Shown: positions 17,660 to 25,669 of the stretch, piece by piece
Layout: every line of letters starts with the position of its first letter
Position numbering within the stretch: the stretch's first letter is position 1
Source of the DNA: Planctomycetota bacterium
GTDB lineage: Bacteria; Planctomycetota; B15-G4; JADJEK01
Direction of reading: 5' to 3'
DNA: 41,640 nucleotides
Assembly: GCA_044225365.1 (NCBI GenBank)
Contig: JBGAIQ010000050.1
Coordinates: 1-41,640, forward strand
Translations under genes and position numbers: made by a program
Notes under the pieces: model-generated
The model's input: the letters and a program-made list of their open reading frames with translations, nothing else
Told to the model about the DNA's origin: nothing
Databases searched by the model: none

Positions 17660-18789
17660 ATCGGATCGCGCCGCGCCACGGATTCGTGCTCCTCTCGCTC
17701 GCGTTGGTGGGCTGCGGGTATGCGCCGGCGTCGCGGATCACGACCGACGAAAGGCGTTCGAACGCGGAGACGATGCGCGACGCTCCGCCGCGGCCGAGCG
17801 CGCGTCTCGACTTCGACTTCGGACCGGCGTTCAGCAGCATCGAACTCGATTCGAGCACGACCTCGTCCGATCTCCCGCTCGCGATGCGCGACGGCGCCCC
17901 CGCGATCGCGTTCTGCCAGAGCGTGAGCGACGCCGCTGCGCGCGATGCGCTCGTGACGAGCGCGGAGCCGTATCGCTTCGCATCGCATCGAGGGCCGAAC
18001 GCCGCGGCCGCGCGAGCGCTGCTCTCCGACGTCGTCGCCGCCGCGGCGATCCATCGCGTTGCGATCGAGCGCCGCGTGGCGACGTACCTCCCGGACGATT
18101 CGGGTCCGCTCATCGATCTGCGGATCGTCGTCGTGATCGGCATGCCGGAAGGATTCCAACTCAGCTCTTTCGAGGACGACTTGGGGCGCGGCGTCCTGCT
18201 CGACGCCGCCGCCCTCGCCGCCGCGGCGGACGCGAAGGGAGTTTCGCGCCGCGATCGCATCGGCGACACGCTCGATCGTTGGCTCGCCCCGCAGCTCTTC
18301 GTCGCGGCTCACGACGCTCTCGCCGAACGTCGCGGCGACGGCCTGCGCACGGACGACTTCGCGAGGATGCAGCGCGCGCTCCTCGTCGAGGGCGTCGCCG
18401 ATCATCTCGCGCGGCCCTTCTCCGAACGGTTCGACGAACAGGGGCGGCGCCCGCCGTCGATCGACGCGAAGGCGCGCATCGCCTTCGATCACTTCCCCGA
18501 GAAGTTCTTCCGCGTCCTGGATCCAGCGACGCCGAAGGACGAGCACGATGCGCTCCTGTTCACGTTCAGCAACGGGCCGCGTGACGAGCGATGGGGCGCG
18601 CTCGTCGGCAGTTTCATGATCGATGCGATCGACGCGTTCTCGCCCCGCGGGCGTATGCGCGAGGTGGTCGCGAAGGGGCCGCACGAACTCATGAGCGCCT
18701 ATGCGGAGGTCTGCTCGGGGCACTCGGCGATTCCGCGCCTCGACATCAAGACTCAGGCCTTGTTATCGCAACCTCCACGGTCGCGATGA
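17656..18789 (+). CDS. Hypothetical lipoprotein; C-terminal half resembles DUF5700/DUF2268-like zincins but lacks HExxH
   Basis: Lipobox LVG-C after a hydrophobic stretch. VEGVADH and G..VG.FMI.AI....R..M.E....GP..L..AY tail. Family assignment is tentative. Confidence 0.6.
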   Translation: MNRIAPRHGFVLLSLALVGCGYAPASRITTDERRSNAETMRDAPPRPSARLDFDFGPAFSSIELDSSTTSSDLPLAMRDGAPAIAFCQSVSDAAARDALVTSAEPYRFASHRGPNAAAARALLSDVVAAAAIHRVAIERRVATYLPDDSGPLIDLRIVVVIGMPEGFQLSSFEDDLGRGVLLDAAALAAAADAKGVSRRDRIGDTLDRWLAPQLFVAAHDALAERRGDGLRTDDFARMQRALLVEGVADHLARPFSERFDEQGRRPPSIDAKARIAFDHFPEKFFRVLDPATPKDEHDALLFTFSNGPRDERWGALVGSFMIDAIDAFSPRGRMREVVAKGPHELMSAYAEVCSGHSAIPRLDIKTQALLSQPPRSR

Positions 18790-18826
18790 CAAGGCCTGTT
18801 CGAGCGAGACGGGACCGTTCGTCAAA

Positions 18827-20059
18827 TCACGGCTTGACGAAGATGTACCAGAGCTTGCCTTCGGCGAACGTTCCGCCGGCGGCGCGCTCGGCCTCCGGGC
18901 CCGTGCCCATGTAGAGATCGGCGCGGTTCGCCGAGCGGATCGCGCCGCCGGTGTCCTGGTCGATCATGAACTGTTGGAAGTCGCTGCCGCGCGACGGATG
19001 CGGCGCCGTCGTCTGGACGAAGGTGATGCCGCCACGCGGGAAGACCTTCTTGTCGGTCGCGAGCGTGCGGTACGCGGTGACCGGCGCGTTGATGCTGCCG
19101 AACGGCCCGCCTTCGGCGCGCGTGAAGAACACGTACGACTTGTTCATCGCCGTGTACTTGTCGAGGTCCTCGGGATGATTCGCGAAGTACTCGCGGATCT
19201 TGAACAGGCTGAGTTCGCCCTTGCCGATCTTGCCGTCCTCGACGAGCGATTGACCGAGGCCGTAGTAGGGCTGCTCGGTCTTGCCCGCGTATCCGATCGT
19301 GTGCAGTTCGCCGTTCGGGAGCTTCAGCTTGGCCGAGCCCTGGACGTGGATCACGTAGACGTCGAGCTTGCTCTTCAGCCAGTAGATCTCGAGGCCCTTG
19401 CCGGCGAGCGCGCCGTTGTCGAAGTCCTGACGAGTGGGCGACGGAGTGCCTTCCTTGCCCCAGCCGCGCGCCTCACCCGAGATCGGGTCCTTGATCAGTT
19501 CCTTCGGCAGGCTGTAGAGCGGATACTTGAACTCACCGGTCTGCGTCTGTGACGCGTCGTAGATCGGCGTGTGGTAGCCGGTGTAGCGCACGCGGCCGGT
19601 GTTCTCGCCGTTCTTCTTGCGCAGGCCCTTCGAGCGGAAGACCTCGAACTGGGCGCGAACGGCCTGGTTCAATTCGTCGGGCGAGTTCGACTTCTCCACG
19701 ATGTCGCGAAACACTTCGAGGCTGTGCTTCGCACGCGCGTGATCGATGTTGAGGTCGGGCGCGTTCGGCCCGTAGGGGAACCAGTTCTGCGACGACGGCT
19801 TCGCGAAGTACTCGAGCGTCGCGTCGATCGCGCGCAAGAGGCTCTCCTTCTCGCCGTACCCGGCGCCGAAGTCCGGCCACATTGCGGGGTCGGTGACCTT
19901 CTCGAGCGCCATCTCGCCTTCGGGCAGCGGCGCGCCCCAATCGTCTTCTTCCTGCACGCGAGGCGACATGTTGGTCGGCTCGACCGGGAAGATCTCGCAC
20001 GCTGCGAGAGAGAAGGGAAGGGACAGAACGAGCAACGCGATTCGACGTCTTGCAAGCAT
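18827..20059 (-). CDS. mltA: Membrane-bound lytic murein transglycosylase A (MltA + 3D domain lipoprotein)
   Basis: Lipobox LAA-C, YTGYHTP, IHVQGSA, N.SYVFF, RTLATDK and DQDTGGAIR..RADLYMG.G. Confidence 0.92.
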   Translation of the reverse strand: MLARRRIALLVLSLPFSLAACEIFPVEPTNMSPRVQEEDDWGAPLPEGEMALEKVTDPAMWPDFGAGYGEKESLLRAIDATLEYFAKPSSQNWFPYGPNAPDLNIDHARAKHSLEVFRDIVEKSNSPDELNQAVRAQFEVFRSKGLRKKNGENTGRVRYTGYHTPIYDASQTQTGEFKYPLYSLPKELIKDPISGEARGWGKEGTPSPTRQDFDNGALAGKGLEIYWLKSKLDVYVIHVQGSAKLKLPNGELHTIGYAGKTEQPYYGLGQSLVEDGKIGKGELSLFKIREYFANHPEDLDKYTAMNKSYVFFTRAEGGPFGSINAPVTAYRTLATDKKVFPRGGITFVQTTAPHPSRGSDFQQFMIDQDTGGAIRSANRADLYMGTGPEAERAAGGTFAEGKLWYIFVKP

Positions 20060-20162
20060 CGGAAGACTCCCGGCGCGGGATGTTAGCGGTGCGAGAAGCG
20101 CGTTCTATCGGGAAACTCTTGGAGCGCGTTTTTTGCCACGGAATCCGTGGTTTCGACGACGT

Positions 20163-22814
20163 TCACTCCTTCGGTTCGATCGCGAGGCGAACCTCCGCCG
20201 GCGCGCCGTCGGGTTTCAGTTCGATCGTCTGCACTTCCGGCTGGCTCCATTTGCCGCCGAAGACCTGCACGTCGATCTTCACCTTGCCGGGCGGAATGCC
20301 GTCGACGACCGAGCTGTCGCCGACGAACCAACCGACGAACGTCCGCGGCAGTGGAGGCGCGCCGTCCGCGGCCGTCACTTTCGCGGCGGCGAAGGGGAAG
20401 TTCTTGCCGTCTTCGACCGACTTCGCGAGCCGCAGGACGAGACGCACGGCCGGTGGGACTTCGAGGGTGGGAAGCGCGATCGGTGGCGTCGGGTTCGTCT
20501 TTCCGTCGGGCGCGATGACGAACGGCTCGGTCGCGACTCGCGCGAGCGAGTGTGAGACGTCCTCGATCGCGACGCGGTAGCGTCCCGCCTCCACTTCGGG
20601 GAACTCGTACTCGCCGGTCGGCGACAGAGCGGCCTCGGCGCGCGTGACCCAAGGGGTGTCGTCGCGCTGGCTCGGGTTCGCGAGCCGAGCGTCGACCTCG
20701 ACCTGCGTGATCTCGCCCTCGAGGGCGGCCCGCAATGGCCCAGCGGTCCCGGCGAGTGGTTTGAACGCACCGGTGACCTTGGTCACGTGGAGCTCGAGGT
20801 CGAACTTCTTTTCAGTCCCGGCTTCGAATTCGACCGCCCGCCGCGCGCGAAGGGCGCCTCCGACGATCGCGATTTCGAAGGTCCCGCCGCCGTCCAAAGC
20901 GACGCGGTAGCCGCCGCGGGCGTCGCAATCGATCGACTGCGGGGTCGGCACCGGCTCGTCGCGAGTCGCGGCGCGCGACACGATGAGTCGGCCGAACGGT
21001 CGCGGTGTGCCGTTCACCAGCAGCGTCCCGTAGAGGAAGCCGCGGGGCGGGAACGTCGCGATCACGTCGCCGTGCGCGGGAGACGGATCGAGGATGTTCA
21101 CGCGGTTCGGCGACGTTCGGACCCCGAGCTGCTCGATCATCGCCTGGACGTCGTGCCAGACACCTTCGCCCTCGAGCTTCGGACGCAGCACCGCGAGCAC
21201 GACGGCGCTCTTCGTGAAGGGACCGATCTCGTAGGCGCCCTTGGCGTCGCAGAGCGTCGACGCGATCGGGGTGTACCCGCCAGTCTGGCCCATCTGCTGG
21301 AAGTGCATCGCGAGGACGGGAAGTCGCTGCGCGGCCGCGACGCCGTTCACCACGACGTGGCCGTCGACTCGCGCACCGATCGCGGCGTTCAGTTTCAATT
21401 CGGCCGGCGGAGGCGCGCCGGGCTTGTTCGCACCGATCACCGTCGTCAGCAGCGGCGGCGAGACGGCCTTCTCCGAAACCGCTCGAACCGAGTAGGCGCC
21501 GGGTTCGATGTCGCCGAAATCGAAGCGGCCCTGCGCGTCGGTGAGCGCCGTGCGCCACACCTTGGGCGTGAGCGATTGCTCGTTCGGTTTGCCGACCTCG
21601 ACGAGCATTCCATCGAGCGGCTCTCCCGTCGGGCCGACGACCTGACCTTTCAACGTTCCGTACGCGGGGAGGATCGCCGAGACCATGAACCCGCCCTTCG
21701 GCTCGGCCTTGAGATCGAGCTCCACGGGCGTCGATTCGCGACCGTCGGCCGCGATCGCGCGCACGCGGACCCGGTCGCCGTCGGGAACGCCGATTCGCCA
21801 CGTTCCGGCATTGTCGACGAGCGCGTCGCCGATCTCCGCGACGCCGTCCGAGTGCTTCCAGCCGGTGTCGACGTGGACGAATACATCGTAGCGGACGCGA
21901 ACGATGGGCGAGGGACGACCCGAACCGTCGATGACGACGGCGACCGGATGCCCGTCGTCGAGCGACAGCGGGCCCTTCGTGATCGCAGTCGACGGGAAGC
22001 GCTTCGTCGGCTTTCCGCGCACGCGGATCACGACTTCGGCGGCGGCGTCGGTGCTCGGCGCGACCTCGAAGGAGCCATCCTCCTTCGTGAGGGACGGGGG
22101 TGATTCGAACAGCGACCCCAACGCGACAGCAGCGCCCGCGAGCGGCTCGCCCCGAGCGTCGACCACTTTGCCGTGGAGGCGCGCGGCGCGCGGCAGGACG
22201 AAGTCGAGCGCGTCACCCGAGGCGCCGCCGCGCAGGTCGACGACCTCGAGGTGGGAGGCGCAGTCCTTCGCCGAGACGACGAGTGGGACGTTCGCGCGCG
22301 GTACGCCGTCGAGGCGGTACTCACCTGCGGCGTTCGTCGTTGCGGTGAGATGCTCCGCAGAATCCCGCAGTGCGACGTCGGGCTCGAGCGCCGCGACGAC
22401 GAGCGCGCCCGCGATCGGCGCTCCGTTCGGATCCGTCACGTGGCCGCGCAGTGCGAGCGGCCGCTGCAGCACGACGGGTCCGATCGCGAACCTTCGGCTC
22501 ACCGACGGCAGCTTGTCGAAGAGCGTCGTCGAGTAGCCGGGAGCCGAAACGAGTAGTCGCCCGCTCGTTCCACCGCGCTCCACCGCGATCTCGAAATCCC
22601 CGGCATTGTCGCAGGTCGCGTCGATCGCGATTGCGGGGGCCGTGCGTTCGGCGAGGAAGCGCGCCTTCGCGCCGGGGATCGGCTTGCCGGCGACATCGAC
22701 CGCATAACCTGTGATCACGAACGCGGGCGGCTCGCTCGCCACGGCGAGGGAGCCGAAGAGCGACGCGACGCACATCGCGCGGATCGCGAACACGATCGAA
22801 AGACGAGTCTGCAT
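20163..22814 (-). CDS. Exported protein with multiple carboxypeptidase-regulatory-like (transthyretin-like beta-sandwich) repeats
   Basis: Signal peptide and repeated G.V.D..G.P(I/L).GA.V ... T...G.(F/Y).......G.Y units. Confidence 0.8.
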   Translation of the reverse strand: MQTRLSIVFAIRAMCVASLFGSLAVASEPPAFVITGYAVDVAGKPIPGAKARFLAERTAPAIAIDATCDNAGDFEIAVERGGTSGRLLVSAPGYSTTLFDKLPSVSRRFAIGPVVLQRPLALRGHVTDPNGAPIAGALVVAALEPDVALRDSAEHLTATTNAAGEYRLDGVPRANVPLVVSAKDCASHLEVVDLRGGASGDALDFVLPRAARLHGKVVDARGEPLAGAAVALGSLFESPPSLTKEDGSFEVAPSTDAAAEVVIRVRGKPTKRFPSTAITKGPLSLDDGHPVAVVIDGSGRPSPIVRVRYDVFVHVDTGWKHSDGVAEIGDALVDNAGTWRIGVPDGDRVRVRAIAADGRESTPVELDLKAEPKGGFMVSAILPAYGTLKGQVVGPTGEPLDGMLVEVGKPNEQSLTPKVWRTALTDAQGRFDFGDIEPGAYSVRAVSEKAVSPPLLTTVIGANKPGAPPPAELKLNAAIGARVDGHVVVNGVAAAQRLPVLAMHFQQMGQTGGYTPIASTLCDAKGAYEIGPFTKSAVVLAVLRPKLEGEGVWHDVQAMIEQLGVRTSPNRVNILDPSPAHGDVIATFPPRGFLYGTLLVNGTPRPFGRLIVSRAATRDEPVPTPQSIDCDARGGYRVALDGGGTFEIAIVGGALRARRAVEFEAGTEKKFDLELHVTKVTGAFKPLAGTAGPLRAALEGEITQVEVDARLANPSQRDDTPWVTRAEAALSPTGEYEFPEVEAGRYRVAIEDVSHSLARVATEPFVIAPDGKTNPTPPIALPTLEVPPAVRLVLRLAKSVEDGKNFPFAAAKVTAADGAPPLPRTFVGWFVGDSSVVDGIPPGKVKIDVQVFGGKWSQPEVQTIELKPDGAPAEVRLAIEPKE

Positions 22815-22963
22815 TTCTACCTGCTTGTCGGAAGAGCGTACGTTCGAGCGGCATTGCAGCGCCGGTTCATCCCACTGGACACATCGGCACCTTCGACACC
22901 GTCCACCGAGCGGACGTGGAGGGTACGCAACGGCTCCCTACGATATCGGAAGGAACCGACCTC

Positions 22964-24049
22964 TTGGACAACATCACGCACACGCTCTTCGCGCTCGCGC
23001 TGTCGCGGGTAAGGCCGCTCGGCCGCGCGCGCCTCGCCGTTCCAATGCTCGTCGTCGCGGCGAACCTCCCGGACGTCGACGTCGTGATGCGCGTGGTGAA
23101 GGGACCGGCGGGCTACCTCGAGTATCACCGCGGGATCACGCATTCGTTCGCGGGGCTTGCGCTCCTTTCCGTCCTCCTGGCGATGCTCGCGCGGTTCGCC
23201 GAGCAACGATTCGACCCCCGTCCGGATCGATGCGGTCCCTTCGCGCTCGAATCCTGCTTCCCCGCGATCGTCGCCGGACTGCTCTCACACTTCGTCCTCG
23301 ACTACGCGATCAGCTACGGCATCCGCCCCTTCCTGCCGTTCTCGCCGCGCTGGTACTACGGCGACCTCCTGTTCGTCGTCGATCCGTGGCTCTGGCTGCT
23401 CTTTGGCGGCCTTGCGGCGCTGCGGCCGCGAGCGGAAGGCAACACGCACCTCGTCGGTGGTCGCTCGTACCTCGCGCTCCTCGCGGTGACGACGGCGATC
23501 CTCTTCGCCGCGACGCCGGAGCAGTCGTCCCTCGCGATCCGGATCGCTTGGTTCCCGCTCGTCGGGGCGCTGATCGCGGTGCGCCGGAGTGGACTCTGCG
23601 AACGCCGCCCCCGCATCGTCGCGGGCGTGCTCCTCTCGCTCACGGCTTGCTACTTCGCGCTACTCGTCGTCTGTCGGATCGAGGCGACCTCGCAGGCGCA
23701 GCGCGAGATCGCGACGCGGTTGCCCGGCGTCGAACTCTCGGTCGCCGCGTTGCTCCCGCAGCCCACGCGGCCCTTCGATTGGGTCCTCGTGGGACAGAGC
23801 GATCGTGAGATCGTGTGGCTCCCCGTGCGAGCCTTCGCGGGCTGCGGCGAACTGCGGTCGGAGCCGCAGGGCCTCGACGCGCCCGAACTCGCGCGAGCGA
23901 TCGCGACGCCGGGCGGGCAAGCGTGGGAATCGTTCGTTCGCTTGCCGTGGGTGAAGGTGCTCCGCGCGGGCGATCGCACGATCGTTCGCCTCGCCGATGC
24001 GCGCTACTGGTACACCGATTTCTGCACGGTCGACGTCGAACTGCGGTGA
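22964..24049 (+). CDS. Inner-membrane metal-dependent hydrolase (YdjM/DUF457-like)
   Basis: TTG start with GAAGGA upstream. DNITHTL, ANLPDVD, HRGITHS, SHFVLD..SYG.RPFLPFS and FVVDPW. Confidence 0.88.
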   Translation: MDNITHTLFALALSRVRPLGRARLAVPMLVVAANLPDVDVVMRVVKGPAGYLEYHRGITHSFAGLALLSVLLAMLARFAEQRFDPRPDRCGPFALESCFPAIVAGLLSHFVLDYAISYGIRPFLPFSPRWYYGDLLFVVDPWLWLLFGGLAALRPRAEGNTHLVGGRSYLALLAVTTAILFAATPEQSSLAIRIAWFPLVGALIAVRRSGLCERRPRIVAGVLLSLTACYFALLVVCRIEATSQAQREIATRLPGVELSVAALLPQPTRPFDWVLVGQSDREIVWLPVRAFAGCGELRSEPQGLDAPELARAIATPGGQAWESFVRLPWVKVLRAGDRTIVRLADARYWYTDFCTVDVELR

Positions 24050-24051
24050 AT

Positions 24052-24564
24052 TCAGTCGGCAGGCGGCTCGGACGGTCTTTGAGAAGCCGTCGCGGGTCCT
24101 TGCGCGGGCGGCGAGTCGGTCGGGCGACGCGGGGCCGGAATACCGAGCGGCATCTGGGGCGCGGTCTCGAAGATCGGTTTCGGCGCCGCCGTCTCCACGA
24201 TGTTGAGGCCCGGAGTCTCGGTGACGCCTTTCTTCGCGTCCTGGATCTGGCGCTTCCACGTCATCTTCTTCGCCGTCGCCGCGACGGCCTCGGCGTCCTT
24301 CACTCGCCCGAGCTTCATCAGGAAGAGCGACAGACTGGAATGGGCCATCACGTCGTTCGGATCGGCGTCGACGTGACGTTGGCCGTAGGCGAGAGCCTCG
24401 GCGTGCTGCCCGAGGCGATGACATGCCATCGCGATCGTTCGCAGCGCAGGGACGTGACCGGGCTCTTTCTCGAGGACCTGCTCCAAGGCGGCGATCGCGC
24501 CCTCGAGGTCTCCGCGGGCGAAGCACTCGAAGCCGGCGTCGTAGAGGAGTTCGAGTTCGGTCAC
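24052..24564 (-). CDS. Small tetratricopeptide-repeat protein with Pro-rich tail
   Basis: Two to three TPR-like helical pairs (GDLEGAIAALEQVLEKEP, GQHAEALAY..DP.D.MAHSSLS). GTG start at 24564 is inferred, because the longer ORF overlaps fabI antisense. Confidence 0.75.
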   Translation of the reverse strand: MTELELLYDAGFECFARGDLEGAIAALEQVLEKEPGHVPALRTIAMACHRLGQHAEALAYGQRHVDADPNDVMAHSSLSLFLMKLGRVKDAEAVAATAKKMTWKRQIQDAKKGVTETPGLNIVETAAPKPIFETAPQMPLGIPAPRRPTDSPPAQGPATASQRPSEPPAD

Positions 24565-24711
24565 GGCGCCTTCGGGGGTGGGAGAGAGGATGTGCGCATA
24601 GAGTAGCGCGAGTTCGGCGGCGGGGACTGCGGTAGGTTCGTGAGCGGCGATGGTCATTCTCCGACTGCGGTCGGTATGCTGCCGCCAGTCCAACTGCATG
24701 TGGAGTTCCTG

Positions 24712-25476
24712 ATGCTGCTCGCCGGCAAGAAGGGCGTCGTCCTCGGCGTCGCCAACAAGAGATCGATCGCGTGGGGAATCGCTCGAGCCGCAGCGCGTGA
24801 AGGCGCGCGAGTCGCGATCACCTACCAGAACGAGCGCCTGCGGGAATCCGCGGAGAAGCTCGCCGAAGGCTTGCCGAATTCGCTCGCCGTGGAGTGCGAT
24901 GTCGGACAGGACGCCGCGATCGAGCGCTGCTTCGACCGTTTGCGCGCGGAGTTCGGCACGCTCGACTTCGTCGTGCACGCGATCGCTTTCGCCAACAAGG
25001 AAGAACTCGAGGGCGAATTCGTTGCGACCTCGCGCGCCGGGTTCTCGCTCGCTCTCGACGTCTCGGCCTATTCGCTCACCGCAGTGAGTCAGAAGGCGGC
25101 GCCGCTCATGGAGAAGGGCGGATCGATCCTCACGCTCAGCTACCTCGGGGCGCAGCGGGTCGTCCCGCACTACAACGTGATGGGGGTGGCCAAGGCGGCC
25201 CTCGAGGCATCCGTTCGCTACCTCGCCGCGGATCTCGGCGCGCGCGGGATCCGGGTGAATGCGCTCTCGGCGGGCCCGATCCGCACCCTCGCCGCGTCGG
25301 GGATCGCCGACTTCCCAGCGATGCTGCAAGTCTTTGCCGACAAGGCGCCTCTGAAGCGCAACATCGACCTCGACGACGTCGGCGACGCCGCGCTCTTCTA
25401 TCTGTCCGAGCTCTCCCGAGCGGTCACCGGCGAGGTCACCTTCGTCGACTGTGGATTCCACATTACGGGCCTTTGA
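24712..25476 (+). CDS. fabI: Enoyl-ACP reductase
   Basis: GVANKRSIAWGIA, HAIAFA, YLGAQRVVPHYNVMGVAKAALE and RVNALSAGPIRTLAASGI. GGAG RBS before ATG 24712. Confidence 0.96.
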   Translation: MLLAGKKGVVLGVANKRSIAWGIARAAAREGARVAITYQNERLRESAEKLAEGLPNSLAVECDVGQDAAIERCFDRLRAEFGTLDFVVHAIAFANKEELEGEFVATSRAGFSLALDVSAYSLTAVSQKAAPLMEKGGSILTLSYLGAQRVVPHYNVMGVAKAALEASVRYLAADLGARGIRVNALSAGPIRTLAASGIADFPAMLQVFADKAPLKRNIDLDDVGDAALFYLSELSRAVTGEVTFVDCGFHITGL

Positions 25477-25596
25477 AGAAAAGTAGGGGGGTCCCGCGGC
25501 GGCGGTACCGGTGACAAGGGGTTGCTCGCCCTTCCTCCTTCTGCGTGGATCTAGCCAGTTGCCCGCTGGTGCCTCCGGGATACACAAGCTAAGCTT

Positions 25597-25611
25597 CGGC
25601 ACGCTTCATGC
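25597..25611 (+). promoter_or_regulatory. Candidate sigma54 (-24/-12) promoter upstream of the paralog array
   Basis: CGGCACGCTTCATGC has the exact GG-N10-GC spacing and is close to the TGGCACG-N4-TTGC consensus. It ends about 58 nt before ATG 25670. Confidence 0.45.
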
Positions 25612-25669
25612 CCGTAGCCGCCCCCCGCCGGGTCTCATGAAGTCCAATTCGAGTTCGGAGTTCCACGCG

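Noticed and set aside
24565-25602. N-terminal 346 aa of the 516-aa ORF as part of the TPR protein
   Set aside because: It mostly overlaps fabI on the opposite strand. Protein-like sequence begins only near 24564.
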